From: a virus
Lineage: Duplodnaviria; Heunggongvirae; Uroviricota; Caudoviricetes
Strand: one strand, 5' to 3'
Length of the DNA: 64,000 nucleotides
IMG/VR virus record: IMGVR_UViG_3300012347_000338
Coordinates: 1 to 64,000 of that record
Numbering within the stretch: position 1 is the first letter of the stretch; every line of letters starts with the position of its first letter. This document shows positions 18,121 through 26,398 of this stretch, piece after piece. The translations under genes were made by a program, and so were the position numbers. The notes below the pieces were generated by a model. That model was not told where the DNA came from. It ran no database searches and was given only the letters and a program-made list of their open reading frames with translations.

Positions 18121-18151
18121 AGAAAGCCCGGCATTTTTTGTCGGGCTTTCT
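18121..18151 (+). terminator. hairpin AGAAAGCCCG-loop-CGGGCTTTCT followed by T-rich tract
   Basis: 10-bp perfect stem, 11-nt loop; ACTTTCTGTTGTG downstream. Confidence 0.35.
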
Positions 18152-18159
18152 ACTTTCTG

Positions 18160-18187
18160 TTGTGCGCCCAACTTTTTGGTGCATAAT
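18160..18187 (+). promoter_or_regulatory. conserved phage promoter motif copy 1 (TTGTGC-N16-CATAAT)
   Basis: GCGCCCAACTTTTTGGTGCATAAT; near-identical copies at 21868 and 27592. Confidence 0.5.
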
Positions 18188-18214
18188 CGCCTCACTTAAA
18201 CACAGAGGCGGTTA

Positions 18215-18335
18215 TGGAAATTCATTGGGCTTGGTTGATTGTGGCGACGCAACTTGGTGTTGCCGTCGGCATCTTCCTTGTCGCGCTCATGCAGGCAAAT
18301 CGCGAGCGTCGCGATGAGTCAGAAAGGGGCCAATG
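18215..18335 (+). CDS. small membrane peptide (about 40 aa)
   Basis: ATG after AGAGGCGG; hydrophobic helix; below ORF-track cutoff. Confidence 0.3.
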
Positions 18336-18725
18336 AAGTGCACGAAGTGCGGACACGGTGACACCCAAGTCCTAGAAACACGCAAGATCCAAGGTGGCCA
18401 GGTAACACGGCGCCACCGAGCATGTGGTCAGTGCGGTCATACGTTCAACACGTACGAGATCGACGACACCCTCCTCAAGACGATCAAGAAGTACGCCCTC
18501 AATGAGGGCCGGGAGAAGGCGCTCACCAGGCGCAGCAACCTGCACGCTCGCAATGAGCAGATCTTGGCCATGCTCAAGAGTGGCGAGAAGCACTCTGTGG
18601 TGGCCAGCCAGTTTGGCCTCTCCGACAACATGATCTCGACGATTGCTCGCCGTGCAGGCGTGCCGTCGTATGCGCGTCAGCGCGGCTTGAAAGCGGAGGC
18701 GGCCAAGCCGAAGCACAAGAAATGA
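18333..18725 (+). CDS. Ogr/Delta-type zinc-finger protein fused to C-terminal HTH
   Basis: CTKCGH...RRHRACGQCGHTFNTYE matches Ogr/Delta CxxC-N-CxxC-F.TYE; C-terminal SQFGLSDNMISTIARRAG HTH. Confidence 0.55.
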   Translation: MKCTKCGHGDTQVLETRKIQGGQVTRRHRACGQCGHTFNTYEIDDTLLKTIKKYALNEGREKALTRRSNLHARNEQILAMLKSGEKHSVVASQFGLSDNMISTIARRAGVPSYARQRGLKAEAAKPKHKK

Positions 18726-19153
18726 AGTACCAGGTGCGCCAGGTTGACACACGGGACGCGGAGATTGCCGCGATCCTGGAGCGCCTGCAGCTGCAGTGCC
18801 TGCCAAACGACATCCCGCAGAAGACCGACAAGGGCTACTGGTGGCTCTGTTACACCGAGGCCAACATCCCAATCGGCTTCGCTGGCATGGTGCCTAGCAT
18901 CCGCTGGGAGCAGACCGGCTACCTATCCCGAGCAGGCGTACTCGAGGCGCACCAAGGCCGCGGGCTACAGAAGCGCCTGATCCGTGTGCGCATTCTGCGA
19001 GCCAAGCAGCTTGGCTGGCGCTACCTCCTCTCCGACACATCCGAGAACCCGGCATCGGCGAATTCGCTGATCAGCTGCGGCTTCAAGATGTACGAACCCA
19101 TGCGCCCGTACGGGCTCAAGACCAGCCTCTATTGGCGAAGAAAGCTCCCATGA
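18722..19153 (+). CDS. GNAT-family N-acetyltransferase
   Basis: motif A VLEAHQGRGLQKRLI. Confidence 0.7.
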   Translation: MKYQVRQVDTRDAEIAAILERLQLQCLPNDIPQKTDKGYWWLCYTEANIPIGFAGMVPSIRWEQTGYLSRAGVLEAHQGRGLQKRLIRVRILRAKQLGWRYLLSDTSENPASANSLISCGFKMYEPMRPYGLKTSLYWRRKLP

Positions 19154-19440
19154 AAATCAGCAAAAACATCGAGGCGCTCCTGCGTGGCTACGTCGTGTTC
19201 AACGTCAACGGCAAGCGCTTCTGGAACTACGAAGACGCCCGCGCTGAGCGCGTGCGAATCACCGACGCAAATCAGCCTGTTGAGTTCTCTGGCTGGCACG
19301 TGATCAAGGGTTGGCGCTGGTTCTACTACACCGCCTACATTGGCCCGTCGTTTGATGTGCACGTTGACTCAGAGGCGCATCCAGCACGCGCTCGCGCCTT
19401 GGCATCAACCCCAAACATTGTGGCGGTGGCTGAGGTATGA
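19150..19440 (+). CDS. hypothetical protein
   Basis: coupled ORF. Confidence 0.4.
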   Translation: MKISKNIEALLRGYVVFNVNGKRFWNYEDARAERVRITDANQPVEFSGWHVIKGWRWFYYTAYIGPSFDVHVDSEAHPARARALASTPNIVAVAEV

Positions 19441-19910
19441 GGGGCCTCGTTGACTTCGACGGCGAGAACCGCGCCGTGCGCAACTTTTTGATGTTCTACG
19501 GCGGTGGCCACGGCATCAACACCAAGAGCATGCGCTACACGATGACCATGTCCGGCTTCGATGGCGCCTGGCCAGATTGGGCCAATGACGACATGCATCT
19601 CACCAAGGCTGGCGCTCAGCTATGGCTGCGTCACTTGTTCGATTTAGAGAAGAAAACGAACACGTCCGAAAAACATGTATACGAATCGGACAAAAACGTA
19701 CACGTTCCGACCACGACTCGTGCTCTCAACGAGATCGAGTCAGCGCTTATCCGCAGCACCGGCCTCAAGCCAGAAAAGTTTGTTCGGGTGACCGCGTTCA
19801 ATGACAAGCCCGTCTCAATCCGCGACATGCCAGAAAGCTTCCGCGAGGCTGTTCGTAAGGGGTTAGCTAACGGCTCACTGCAGATCATGGGGTCAACCAA
19901 TGCCTCTTGA
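19437..19910 (+). CDS. hypothetical protein
   Basis: 157-aa ORF. Confidence 0.5.
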   Translation: MRGLVDFDGENRAVRNFLMFYGGGHGINTKSMRYTMTMSGFDGAWPDWANDDMHLTKAGAQLWLRHLFDLEKKTNTSEKHVYESDKNVHVPTTTRALNEIESALIRSTGLKPEKFVRVTAFNDKPVSIRDMPESFREAVRKGLANGSLQIMGSTNAS

Positions 19911-20178
19911 GCCGCACCCAACAGACCCAGACAAGATGGTCTACAAGCCACACCCTGCGGCGCTTGCTTTGCGCGAAGAGTTCAACAAAGACCTTCGGAT
20001 CGCCGAGCTCACGCGTGAGCGCGATGACGCGTTGCGCCTGCTGGCCATGGCCCACCTCAATCTGCGTCAGCACCTCGAGTACGGATTCAACCCAAAGACC
20101 GCCCGGAGCACGCTCATCAGCGTCGGGCAAATCGCACCGCTATTGCATGAGGCAATCAGCAAAGAAAGCACCACATGA
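19900..20178 (+). CDS. hypothetical protein
   Basis: coupled ORF. Confidence 0.4.
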   Translation: MPLEPHPTDPDKMVYKPHPAALALREEFNKDLRIAELTRERDDALRLLAMAHLNLRQHLEYGFNPKTARSTLISVGQIAPLLHEAISKESTT

Positions 20179-20310
20179 TTTCACCAATTGGCATTCACCT
20201 TGTAATCACAATCTCACAGGACACGATTGATGCGTGCCTGAAAATCGGCATTCTCATCTGCATCTGCCTCTTTGCAATCAAGGGTATGCGCATCATCAAG
20301 GAGCACGGCG

Positions 20311-20535
20311 ATGCGTGACCTGATGATCCTATTTGGCTCTGGCTTTGCTGTGTTTACGATCTACGTGATCTCCAAGGCAATTGACTTGGTCGGCCAGTGT
20401 CGCCATCACTGGGGCGCATGGGAAGCAAGCGAGACCGAGTGCGCGTATGTGCAGCGCCGCAAATGCACCAAGTGCGGATACGTGGAGACGGAGCAGTTCC
20501 GCAAGCTCAAAGAGAAGCGCGATGACGACAACTGA
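20311..20535 (+). CDS. small membrane/zinc-ribbon protein
   Basis: TM helix then CxxC...CxxC. Confidence 0.35.
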   Translation: MRDLMILFGSGFAVFTIYVISKAIDLVGQCRHHWGAWEASETECAYVQRRKCTKCGYVETEQFRKLKEKRDDDN

Positions 20536-20806
20536 AAAGCTTCAGGTGCTCAACGTGTTCCTGATTCTGATGATCCTGCTGCTGGTCGGCAAGCTGTACT
20601 CAGCCTACTGGCATTCAGAACAAGAGGCACGAGCGATACAGGAGCCGCCTGATCTGATGGAGCAGGCCTTGGTCAACATCTCCATGCGCAAGATGCAGCT
20701 GCAGCTGCGTGAGCTCCTGGTGTACAGCGAGCCCAATGAGATGCACGAATTGCTGCGCGAGTACATGCGCCTAAGAGACGAGCAAGACAAGAAAGAAGCT
20801 CAATGA
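20522..20806 (+). CDS. small membrane-anchored coiled-coil protein
   Basis: internal ATG; N-terminal TM helix. Confidence 0.4.
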   Translation: MTTTEKLQVLNVFLILMILLLVGKLYSAYWHSEQEARAIQEPPDLMEQALVNISMRKMQLQLRELLVYSEPNEMHELLREYMRLRDEQDKKEAQ

Positions 20807-20994
20807 GAACAACCAACCGACAAGCCACCGTGCACGTTGATGCGCAACACAAGTCCCATGAACAGCTGCGCAAAGAGCTCTGGATCGGCGTAGCTACGGC
20901 TGTCGCCCGCGCCGAAGGCGCCCGTAGCAGAAGCGCTCCAGGCGGATGGGCCGACGAGGTACTGAAAGACTTTGATAAGAAATTTCCAAAATGA
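20803..20994 (+). CDS. hypothetical protein
   Basis: coupled. Confidence 0.35.
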   Translation: MRTTNRQATVHVDAQHKSHEQLRKELWIGVATAVARAEGARSRSAPGGWADEVLKDFDKKFPK

Positions 20995-21176
20995 CACCAG
21001 AACTACAACTAACCGACAAGGAGCTCAAGGCTGTAGCCCAAAAGCTCTGTCAGATCCGCGGAATTGATCCCTACCACATGCTCGGCGCCACCGTTGCAAC
21101 AGACTTTGCAATGCTCGAGGTCAAGCGCTTCATTGAGATTGTCCAGGCCATTGACCACGTAAAGGAGATCCCATGA
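20991..21176 (+). CDS. hypothetical protein
   Basis: coupled. Confidence 0.35.
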   Translation: MTPELQLTDKELKAVAQKLCQIRGIDPYHMLGATVATDFAMLEVKRFIEIVQAIDHVKEIP

Positions 21177-21433
21177 CCGAACTTGAAAAAATGGTCAAGG
21201 CGACCGGCATCAACCACGCGCTCGAGTACGGCGAGAGCATCCCCGATGAAGTACTCACAGCGTTTGCAGAGTCGGTCATTGACTGGGTTGCGCGCCAGCA
21301 CTTCGAGCAGTGCAAAGAAGTCCGCCCTATTCAGCAATGGATCTTGGCCATCAAGCCACTTCTGCATCTTGAACTCACTTCATCCGTAACAACCAAGGAA
21401 ATCAAGGAGCACTCATGGGCCAGAACCGAGTAA
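21173..21433 (+). CDS. hypothetical protein
   Basis: coupled. Confidence 0.4.
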   Translation: MTELEKMVKATGINHALEYGESIPDEVLTAFAESVIDWVARQHFEQCKEVRPIQQWILAIKPLLHLELTSSVTTKEIKEHSWARTE

Positions 21434-21702
21434 TCAACGGCGAGATGACAGCCATGACGGCCGACCGAGAGACGGCGCCAGAAGCCGCTTCTGGTGGCTG
21501 GCGGCAGCATGTCATCACGCAGGTGGTTGAGATGCACAGGAGTGGCTGGCTGGGCGCTTGGGATGCGTTTGTGGCCGCCCTGCTACGCAAGCCGCGGCTC
21601 TCGGTTGCTCAGCCGATGACGCTGTCGGCGTGGGTGAAGGCGCCCAATGGGCACAAGACACAACTCTCCATCACCCAGACGCAACTCGAGACCCACCAAT
21701 GA
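21415..21702 (+). CDS. hypothetical protein
   Basis: coupled. Confidence 0.35.
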   Translation: MGQNRVINGEMTAMTADRETAPEAASGGWRQHVITQVVEMHRSGWLGAWDAFVAALLRKPRLSVAQPMTLSAWVKAPNGHKTQLSITQTQLETHQ

Positions 21703-21860
21703 AAAGACGCAGCGACGGCACGGCATTCGACTGGCGAAAGAAGCCACCAGTGATACCAGAGTTCGTGCCAGCGGAAGATCCGCCGCCCGAGGCCAGCGAG
21801 CGCATTGACGTTCTGTTGGCACGCAAGCCAAAAGACCCCAAGAAACAGTCGGACTCTTAA
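21699..21860 (+). CDS. hypothetical protein
   Basis: internal ATG 21699. Confidence 0.3.
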   Translation: MKRRSDGTAFDWRKKPPVIPEFVPAEDPPPEASERIDVLLARKPKDPKKQSDS

Positions 21861-21867
21861 ATTTTTG

Positions 21868-21895
21868 TTGGCGGACCAACTTTTTGTTGCATAAT
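21868..21895 (+). promoter_or_regulatory. conserved phage promoter motif copy 2 (TTGGCG-N16-CATAAT)
   Basis: GCGGACCAACTTTTTGTTGCATAAT. Confidence 0.5.
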
Positions 21896-21934
21896 ACAAC
21901 CGTTAGTTTTTAACGCTCGTAACAGGAGAATCCA

Positions 21935-23113
21935 ATGACAGAAGCAACCACCGCGGCCACCGCGGATTCATTCGTGGCACCAGCCACAGCACTCGTGCCA
22001 GTTGAGCAGCGCGCCGCGCTTGCACTTGGCAGCAGCAAGACAGAAGAGGACTTGAAGGCCCTGGCTGTCAAGCACTCAAACATCACCAAGGTCGTCGACA
22101 AGGCCGGCCGCGAGCAGGCGCACCGCGCCGCCATGGAGGTCCAGACAGCGCGCACGACCATCACGAAGGTTGCCAAGGCCGCCCGTGACGACGCCACCAA
22201 GTTCTCCAAGGCTGTCATCGCCGAAGAGAACCGCCTGCTACTCATCATCGACGCGGAAGAAGGGCGTCTGTTCGCCCTGCGCGATGCATGGGACGCAGAG
22301 CAAGAGCGTATCAAGGCCGAGAAGGCTGCAGCCGAGAAGGCTCGCATTGAGGCCATACAGACCTCCATTGCCAGCATCCGATCAATCCCAGCCACCGTGG
22401 CCAGCGCCAGCGCCGAGTCCGTCATGGCCGCCGGCAAGGCGTTGTACCAGTTAGAGATCACCGAGGAGCAGTACCAAGAGTTCGTAGAAGCCGCCCAAGC
22501 CGAGAAGGCCAAAGCGCTTGACGCACTGGGTGACATCCTCGATGCAGCCAAGTCTCGCGAGGCAGAAGCCGCACGCATTGAAGCCCAGCGCATTGAGAAC
22601 GAGCGCGTTGCTGCTGAGAACGCCCGTATCGCCGCAGATCTTGCGGCGCAACAAGCCGCAATCGCCGCACAAGCCGAAGCCCAGCGCATCGCCGCTCAGG
22701 CTGAAGCCCAGCGCGCAATTGACGAGGCCAACGCCAAGTCACGCCAGGAGGCTGCTGAGCGCGCCGAGATGCTGAAGAAGCAGGAAGACGCATTCGCCGC
22801 CGAGAAGGCTGCCGCCGAAGCGATCCTCAAAGAACAGCAAGACAAACTCAACGCAGAGATTGCCGTGATCGCCAAAGCCAATGCAGAGCGCGCAGCTGCT
22901 GAAGCCGCCGCCAAGGCCGCCAAAGAAGTCGAGGAAGCCAACGCCCGCCTCAAGGCGCAAGAGGAGGCGAAGGCTCTCCGTTTGGCCGAAGTGCGCGAGC
23001 GCTCTGACGCCATTGTGGATGCCATCTGCACCCAGTTCCAGGTTGAGCACAGCACCGCTGTTGAATTCCTGCTCGAGGCTGCCGACTACCTGCGTGATGA
23101 GGTGACTGCATGA
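21935..23113 (+). CDS. Ala/Glu-rich coiled-coil protein upstream of recT
   Basis: 392 aa, long heptad-like AEAQRIAAQAEAQRAI repeats. Confidence 0.55.
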   Translation: MTEATTAATADSFVAPATALVPVEQRAALALGSSKTEEDLKALAVKHSNITKVVDKAGREQAHRAAMEVQTARTTITKVAKAARDDATKFSKAVIAEENRLLLIIDAEEGRLFALRDAWDAEQERIKAEKAAAEKARIEAIQTSIASIRSIPATVASASAESVMAAGKALYQLEITEEQYQEFVEAAQAEKAKALDALGDILDAAKSREAEAARIEAQRIENERVAAENARIAADLAAQQAAIAAQAEAQRIAAQAEAQRAIDEANAKSRQEAAERAEMLKKQEDAFAAEKAAAEAILKEQQDKLNAEIAVIAKANAERAAAEAAAKAAKEVEEANARLKAQEEAKALRLAEVRERSDAIVDAICTQFQVEHSTAVEFLLEAADYLRDEVTA

Positions 23114-23388
23114 AGTTGTACAACCCTTTCAAGCTTCACATCGTGCAGTTCGCAGACGGTAGCTATGCCGTGCGCCAAATGCGCCGCAGGGCAATCATTG
23201 ACTTCCACTGGATCTACCTGACTGAAAATGCCAAAAGCTGGGAACGCTATGTGTACTCCTACTGCAAACACAAAACTTATGAGGACGCGTTCATGGCTCT
23301 GGCAAAGCGCTCATCGCTAGACGATGAGGATGCGCGGCAAGCCAAGCAATGGGCGCTTGGACGGAAAGTAACAAAGGTAATCGCATGA
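23110..23388 (+). CDS. hypothetical protein
   Basis: coupled. Confidence 0.4.
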   Translation: MKLYNPFKLHIVQFADGSYAVRQMRRRAIIDFHWIYLTENAKSWERYVYSYCKHKTYEDAFMALAKRSSLDDEDARQAKQWALGRKVTKVIA

Positions 23389-24302
23389 GCAAAATCGCAA
23401 TCGTAGAGAACCAGATTCTCTCCCTCGAGGTCGCCTTCAATGACGTCCTGTCTGACAAGGCAATCAAGTTCAAGGCCGAGGCTGAGTTCGCTGTTCAGGT
23501 CTTGATGAACAACGACTACTCGCTGGGCATCGCGGTCAAGAACCCTGACTCAGTGCGCAACGCGGTGATGAACCTGGCCGCCATCGGCCTGAGCCTGAAC
23601 CCGGCCAAGAAGCAGGCGTACCTGGTGCCGCGCAAGAACGCGATCTGCCTGGACATCAGCTACATGGGCCTGGTTGAACTGGCCATTGCCAGCGGCTCCG
23701 TGCGCATGGTCAAGGCTGAGCTCGTCAAGGCCACCGACACGTTTGAGATGAACGGCTTTGACCGTGAGCCAACTCACAAGTTCAACCCGTTTGCCAAAGA
23801 CCGCGGCGAGATTGTCGGCGTGTACTGCGTGGCCAAGACCAATCACGGCGACTGGGTCACGGACACGATGACCATTGATGAGGTCTACGCGATCCGCGAC
23901 CGCTCCGAGTCATACAAGGCCGGCAAGTCCACACCTTGGAAGACCGACCCCGGCGAGATGATCAAGAAAACCATCGTCAAGCGCGCCAGCAAGATGTGGC
24001 CGAAGACCGACCGTCTGGACGAGGCCATCCATCACCTGAACACCGACGGCGGCGAGGGTGTTGTGGAGATCGTCGGCGGCCGTGACACAGGCGTTGCAGC
24101 TTTTGACGTCGACCATTGGCTGGACGCTGTGCGCGCGGCCAACACAGACGAAGAGTTCATGACCCAGTACAAGGCAGCCGGCGCCGCGGCGCTCGCAGCC
24201 AAGGCTGGCCAGCAGCACGCCTACTTCAAGCAGCAGGCTGTGGACATCCGCACCCAATTGCACGCCCGTTTAAACCCAGAAGCCCAAGAGGAACAACAAT
24301 GA
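23385..24302 (+). CDS. recT: RecT-family single-strand annealing protein
   Basis: RecT-like conserved blocks (LNPAKKQAYLVPRKN, VKRASKMWP). Confidence 0.8.
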   Translation: MSKIAIVENQILSLEVAFNDVLSDKAIKFKAEAEFAVQVLMNNDYSLGIAVKNPDSVRNAVMNLAAIGLSLNPAKKQAYLVPRKNAICLDISYMGLVELAIASGSVRMVKAELVKATDTFEMNGFDREPTHKFNPFAKDRGEIVGVYCVAKTNHGDWVTDTMTIDEVYAIRDRSESYKAGKSTPWKTDPGEMIKKTIVKRASKMWPKTDRLDEAIHHLNTDGGEGVVEIVGGRDTGVAAFDVDHWLDAVRAANTDEEFMTQYKAAGAAALAAKAGQQHAYFKQQAVDIRTQLHARLNPEAQEEQQ

Positions 24303-25039
24303 TCTTTATCGACTGCGAACAAGGCACGCCTGAGTGGCACCAGGCCCGCGCTGGCGTCATCACCGCCAGCACCTACTCCGACGCGCTGTCTGTGCTCAAG
24401 CGCAAGTCTGGCGACAAGGATGTCGGCGACTTCACCGATGCATCCGACACGCTGGCCATTAACACGGCCATGGAGCGCATTTCAGGCGAGCCCTATGGCG
24501 ACACCTTCCAGACCTACGCAATGAAGCGTGGAAGCGAGCAGGAGGCCTTTGCGCGCATGCGTTACGAGGCCAACTACAGCACCATCGTGGACGAGTGCGG
24601 CATCGTGCTCACCGACGACCGCCTGTTCGGCTACTCCACCGATGGCTTCGTCGGGTTGGACGGAATGATCGAAGTGAAGACTCCAATCAACAGCCTGAAG
24701 ATCATGAAGATGATCCAGTCTGGCAACGTCGAAGAGTACATCCACCAGATTCAAGGTGGCCTCTGGATCACCGGCCGCCAGTGGTGCGACTTCATCATGT
24801 ACGTGCCGCCGCTCAAAAGCAAAGGCAACGACCTGTACGTCAAGCGCATCTTCCGTGACGAGGATTTCATTCACGAGCTCGAGACTGGTCTGCTGCGCTT
24901 CAACGAGCGCGTTGAGCACTACGTCAAGGTGCTGAGCACTCCGTACGTCTCTGTGCCTGTTGCCGCCCCCGTTGCCACTCAGGCGGAGGTCGCTGCTCCA
25001 GCGCCAGCGCTGTCCAAGAAAGCTTCGGTTTTTGCATGA
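24299..25039 (+). CDS. YqaJ-like viral recombinase exonuclease
   Basis: GTPEWHQARAGVITAS; PD-(D/E)xK-like; ATGA-coupled to recT. Confidence 0.75.
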   Translation: MIFIDCEQGTPEWHQARAGVITASTYSDALSVLKRKSGDKDVGDFTDASDTLAINTAMERISGEPYGDTFQTYAMKRGSEQEAFARMRYEANYSTIVDECGIVLTDDRLFGYSTDGFVGLDGMIEVKTPINSLKIMKMIQSGNVEEYIHQIQGGLWITGRQWCDFIMYVPPLKSKGNDLYVKRIFRDEDFIHELETGLLRFNERVEHYVKVLSTPYVSVPVAAPVATQAEVAAPAPALSKKASVFA

Positions 25040-25227
25040 AGCACTTGATCACAATCTGGGTCTTCACGGCTGCTCTCTATTTTGTGTGGAAGTCACTCTC
25101 GGCTGACGCAAAAAACTCGGCGAAGGAATTCGCCGGTCAACATGCCCCGTTCATTCTGGCGGGCATCTTTCTCGGCCTCGGCGCTCTCGTCGCGGTCTTC
25201 TATCTCGGCTCTACAAAACTCCTGTGA
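25036..25227 (+). CDS. two-TM small membrane protein
   Basis: two hydrophobic helices. Confidence 0.45.
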   Translation: MKHLITIWVFTAALYFVWKSLSADAKNSAKEFAGQHAPFILAGIFLGLGALVAVFYLGSTKLL

Positions 25228-25234
25228 GGAACCT

Positions 25235-26047
25235 ATGAAACGCATTATTTCCATCTTTGCGCTCGCGGCAATCTGCCTGCTGAACGCATGCTCTCAAATT
25301 GACACCGGCAACATCGGCGTTGAATCAACCCTTGGTCAGGTCAAGAAAGAGACCATGCCGCCAGGCGTGTACTTCACGCTGTTTAAGCGCGTGACCGAAG
25401 TGTCGGCCAAAGAGCTTCGCCTGTCCTTTGACGACATGAAGCCCCAGACCAGCGACAAGATCACGCTCGCTGACTTGGACGTGGACCTGTACATCCAAAT
25501 CGACCCAGGCAAAGCCGCGGACATCATGACTCGCTGGCCTGGTGACGTGACCCACGTGAGTGGCGAAGACGGCAACCGCATCGGCATGAACTACGTGCAG
25601 CGCCAAGCTCGCGAAAACATCTACAACACGATCACCAAGTACGGCTCGGCCACGGTGCACACCGAGCGCACGGCCATCGCTGCGGACATCGTCAAGAACC
25701 TGCAAGCGGATCTCGATGAATCTGCCGGCAAAGGCTGGTTCTTCGTGCGCTCAGCCAACGTGCGCAACTTGGTGACCGACCCGGCGCTCGAGAAGGCAAT
25801 CATGGAAGCAGCCAACCGCCAGTTCCAGATCAACGCCAAGCAGAAGGAAGTCGAGCTCGCACGCGCTGAAGCCGAGCGCCAACGCGTCGAAGCCCAGGGC
25901 CTTGCCGACGCTATCCGCATCAAAGCTCAAGCCGTATCCAGCCAAGGTGGCCAGCAGTTCGTCGACCTCGAGGCGATCAAAAAGTGGGACGGCAAGCTTC
26001 CGCAGACCATGTCCGGTAACGCTACCCCATTCATCCACGTCAAATAA
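25235..26047 (+). CDS. SPFH/band-7 (prohibitin-like) lipoprotein
   Basis: signal peptide with lipobox LLNAC; SPFH core; internal ATG after GAGGAA. Confidence 0.7.
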   Translation: MKRIISIFALAAICLLNACSQIDTGNIGVESTLGQVKKETMPPGVYFTLFKRVTEVSAKELRLSFDDMKPQTSDKITLADLDVDLYIQIDPGKAADIMTRWPGDVTHVSGEDGNRIGMNYVQRQARENIYNTITKYGSATVHTERTAIAADIVKNLQADLDESAGKGWFFVRSANVRNLVTDPALEKAIMEAANRQFQINAKQKEVELARAEAERQRVEAQGLADAIRIKAQAVSSQGGQQFVDLEAIKKWDGKLPQTMSGNATPFIHVK

Positions 26048-26079
26048 AGTTTGGCCGAAAGGCCAACAGAAAGTTTCCC

Positions 26080-26385
26080 ATGAAAGAAATTGTCCTCAAA
26101 ACCGTCACGTTCCTCGTCCTGTTCTGCGTCATCACGCCGCTGCTTTTGCTGTGGCAGGGCTGGTCCATCAGCACCCTATGGAACTGGTTTGTGGCGCCGC
26201 TGGGCGCGCCTGAGATCGGCATTGTTACCGCGACAGGCCTTGCCTTGGTTGTTGGTGCGTTGCGCATGCGCAAGTCCAAGAACCGCGATGAAACAAACGC
26301 CGACCGCTACGAGGCTATTGCATCTCTCGTAATCGTTCCTCCGGCCGCCGTTTTCATGGGCTGGATCATCAAGACGTTCGCATAA
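26080..26385 (+). CDS. polytopic membrane protein
   Basis: 3 predicted TM helices. Confidence 0.5.
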   Translation: MKEIVLKTVTFLVLFCVITPLLLLWQGWSISTLWNWFVAPLGAPEIGIVTATGLALVVGALRMRKSKNRDETNADRYEAIASLVIVPPAAVFMGWIIKTFA

Positions 26386-26398
26386 GAAAGGACAGCCA

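Larger units (their letters stand above)
16410..18151 (+). ncRNA. putative large structured non-coding RNA or tandem ncRNA array
   Basis: 1.8 kb with no plausible ORF in compact genome; promoter at 16377; tandem units about 300 bp; many conserved hairpins; terminal hairpin 18121-18151. Confidence 0.35.

Noticed and set aside
21910-23055. Several long minus-strand and alternate-frame ORFs inside the coiled-coil gene
   Set aside because: These are Ala/Ser/Arg-rich low-complexity translations antisense to an Ala/Glu-rich gene. They are artefacts of the compositional repeat.
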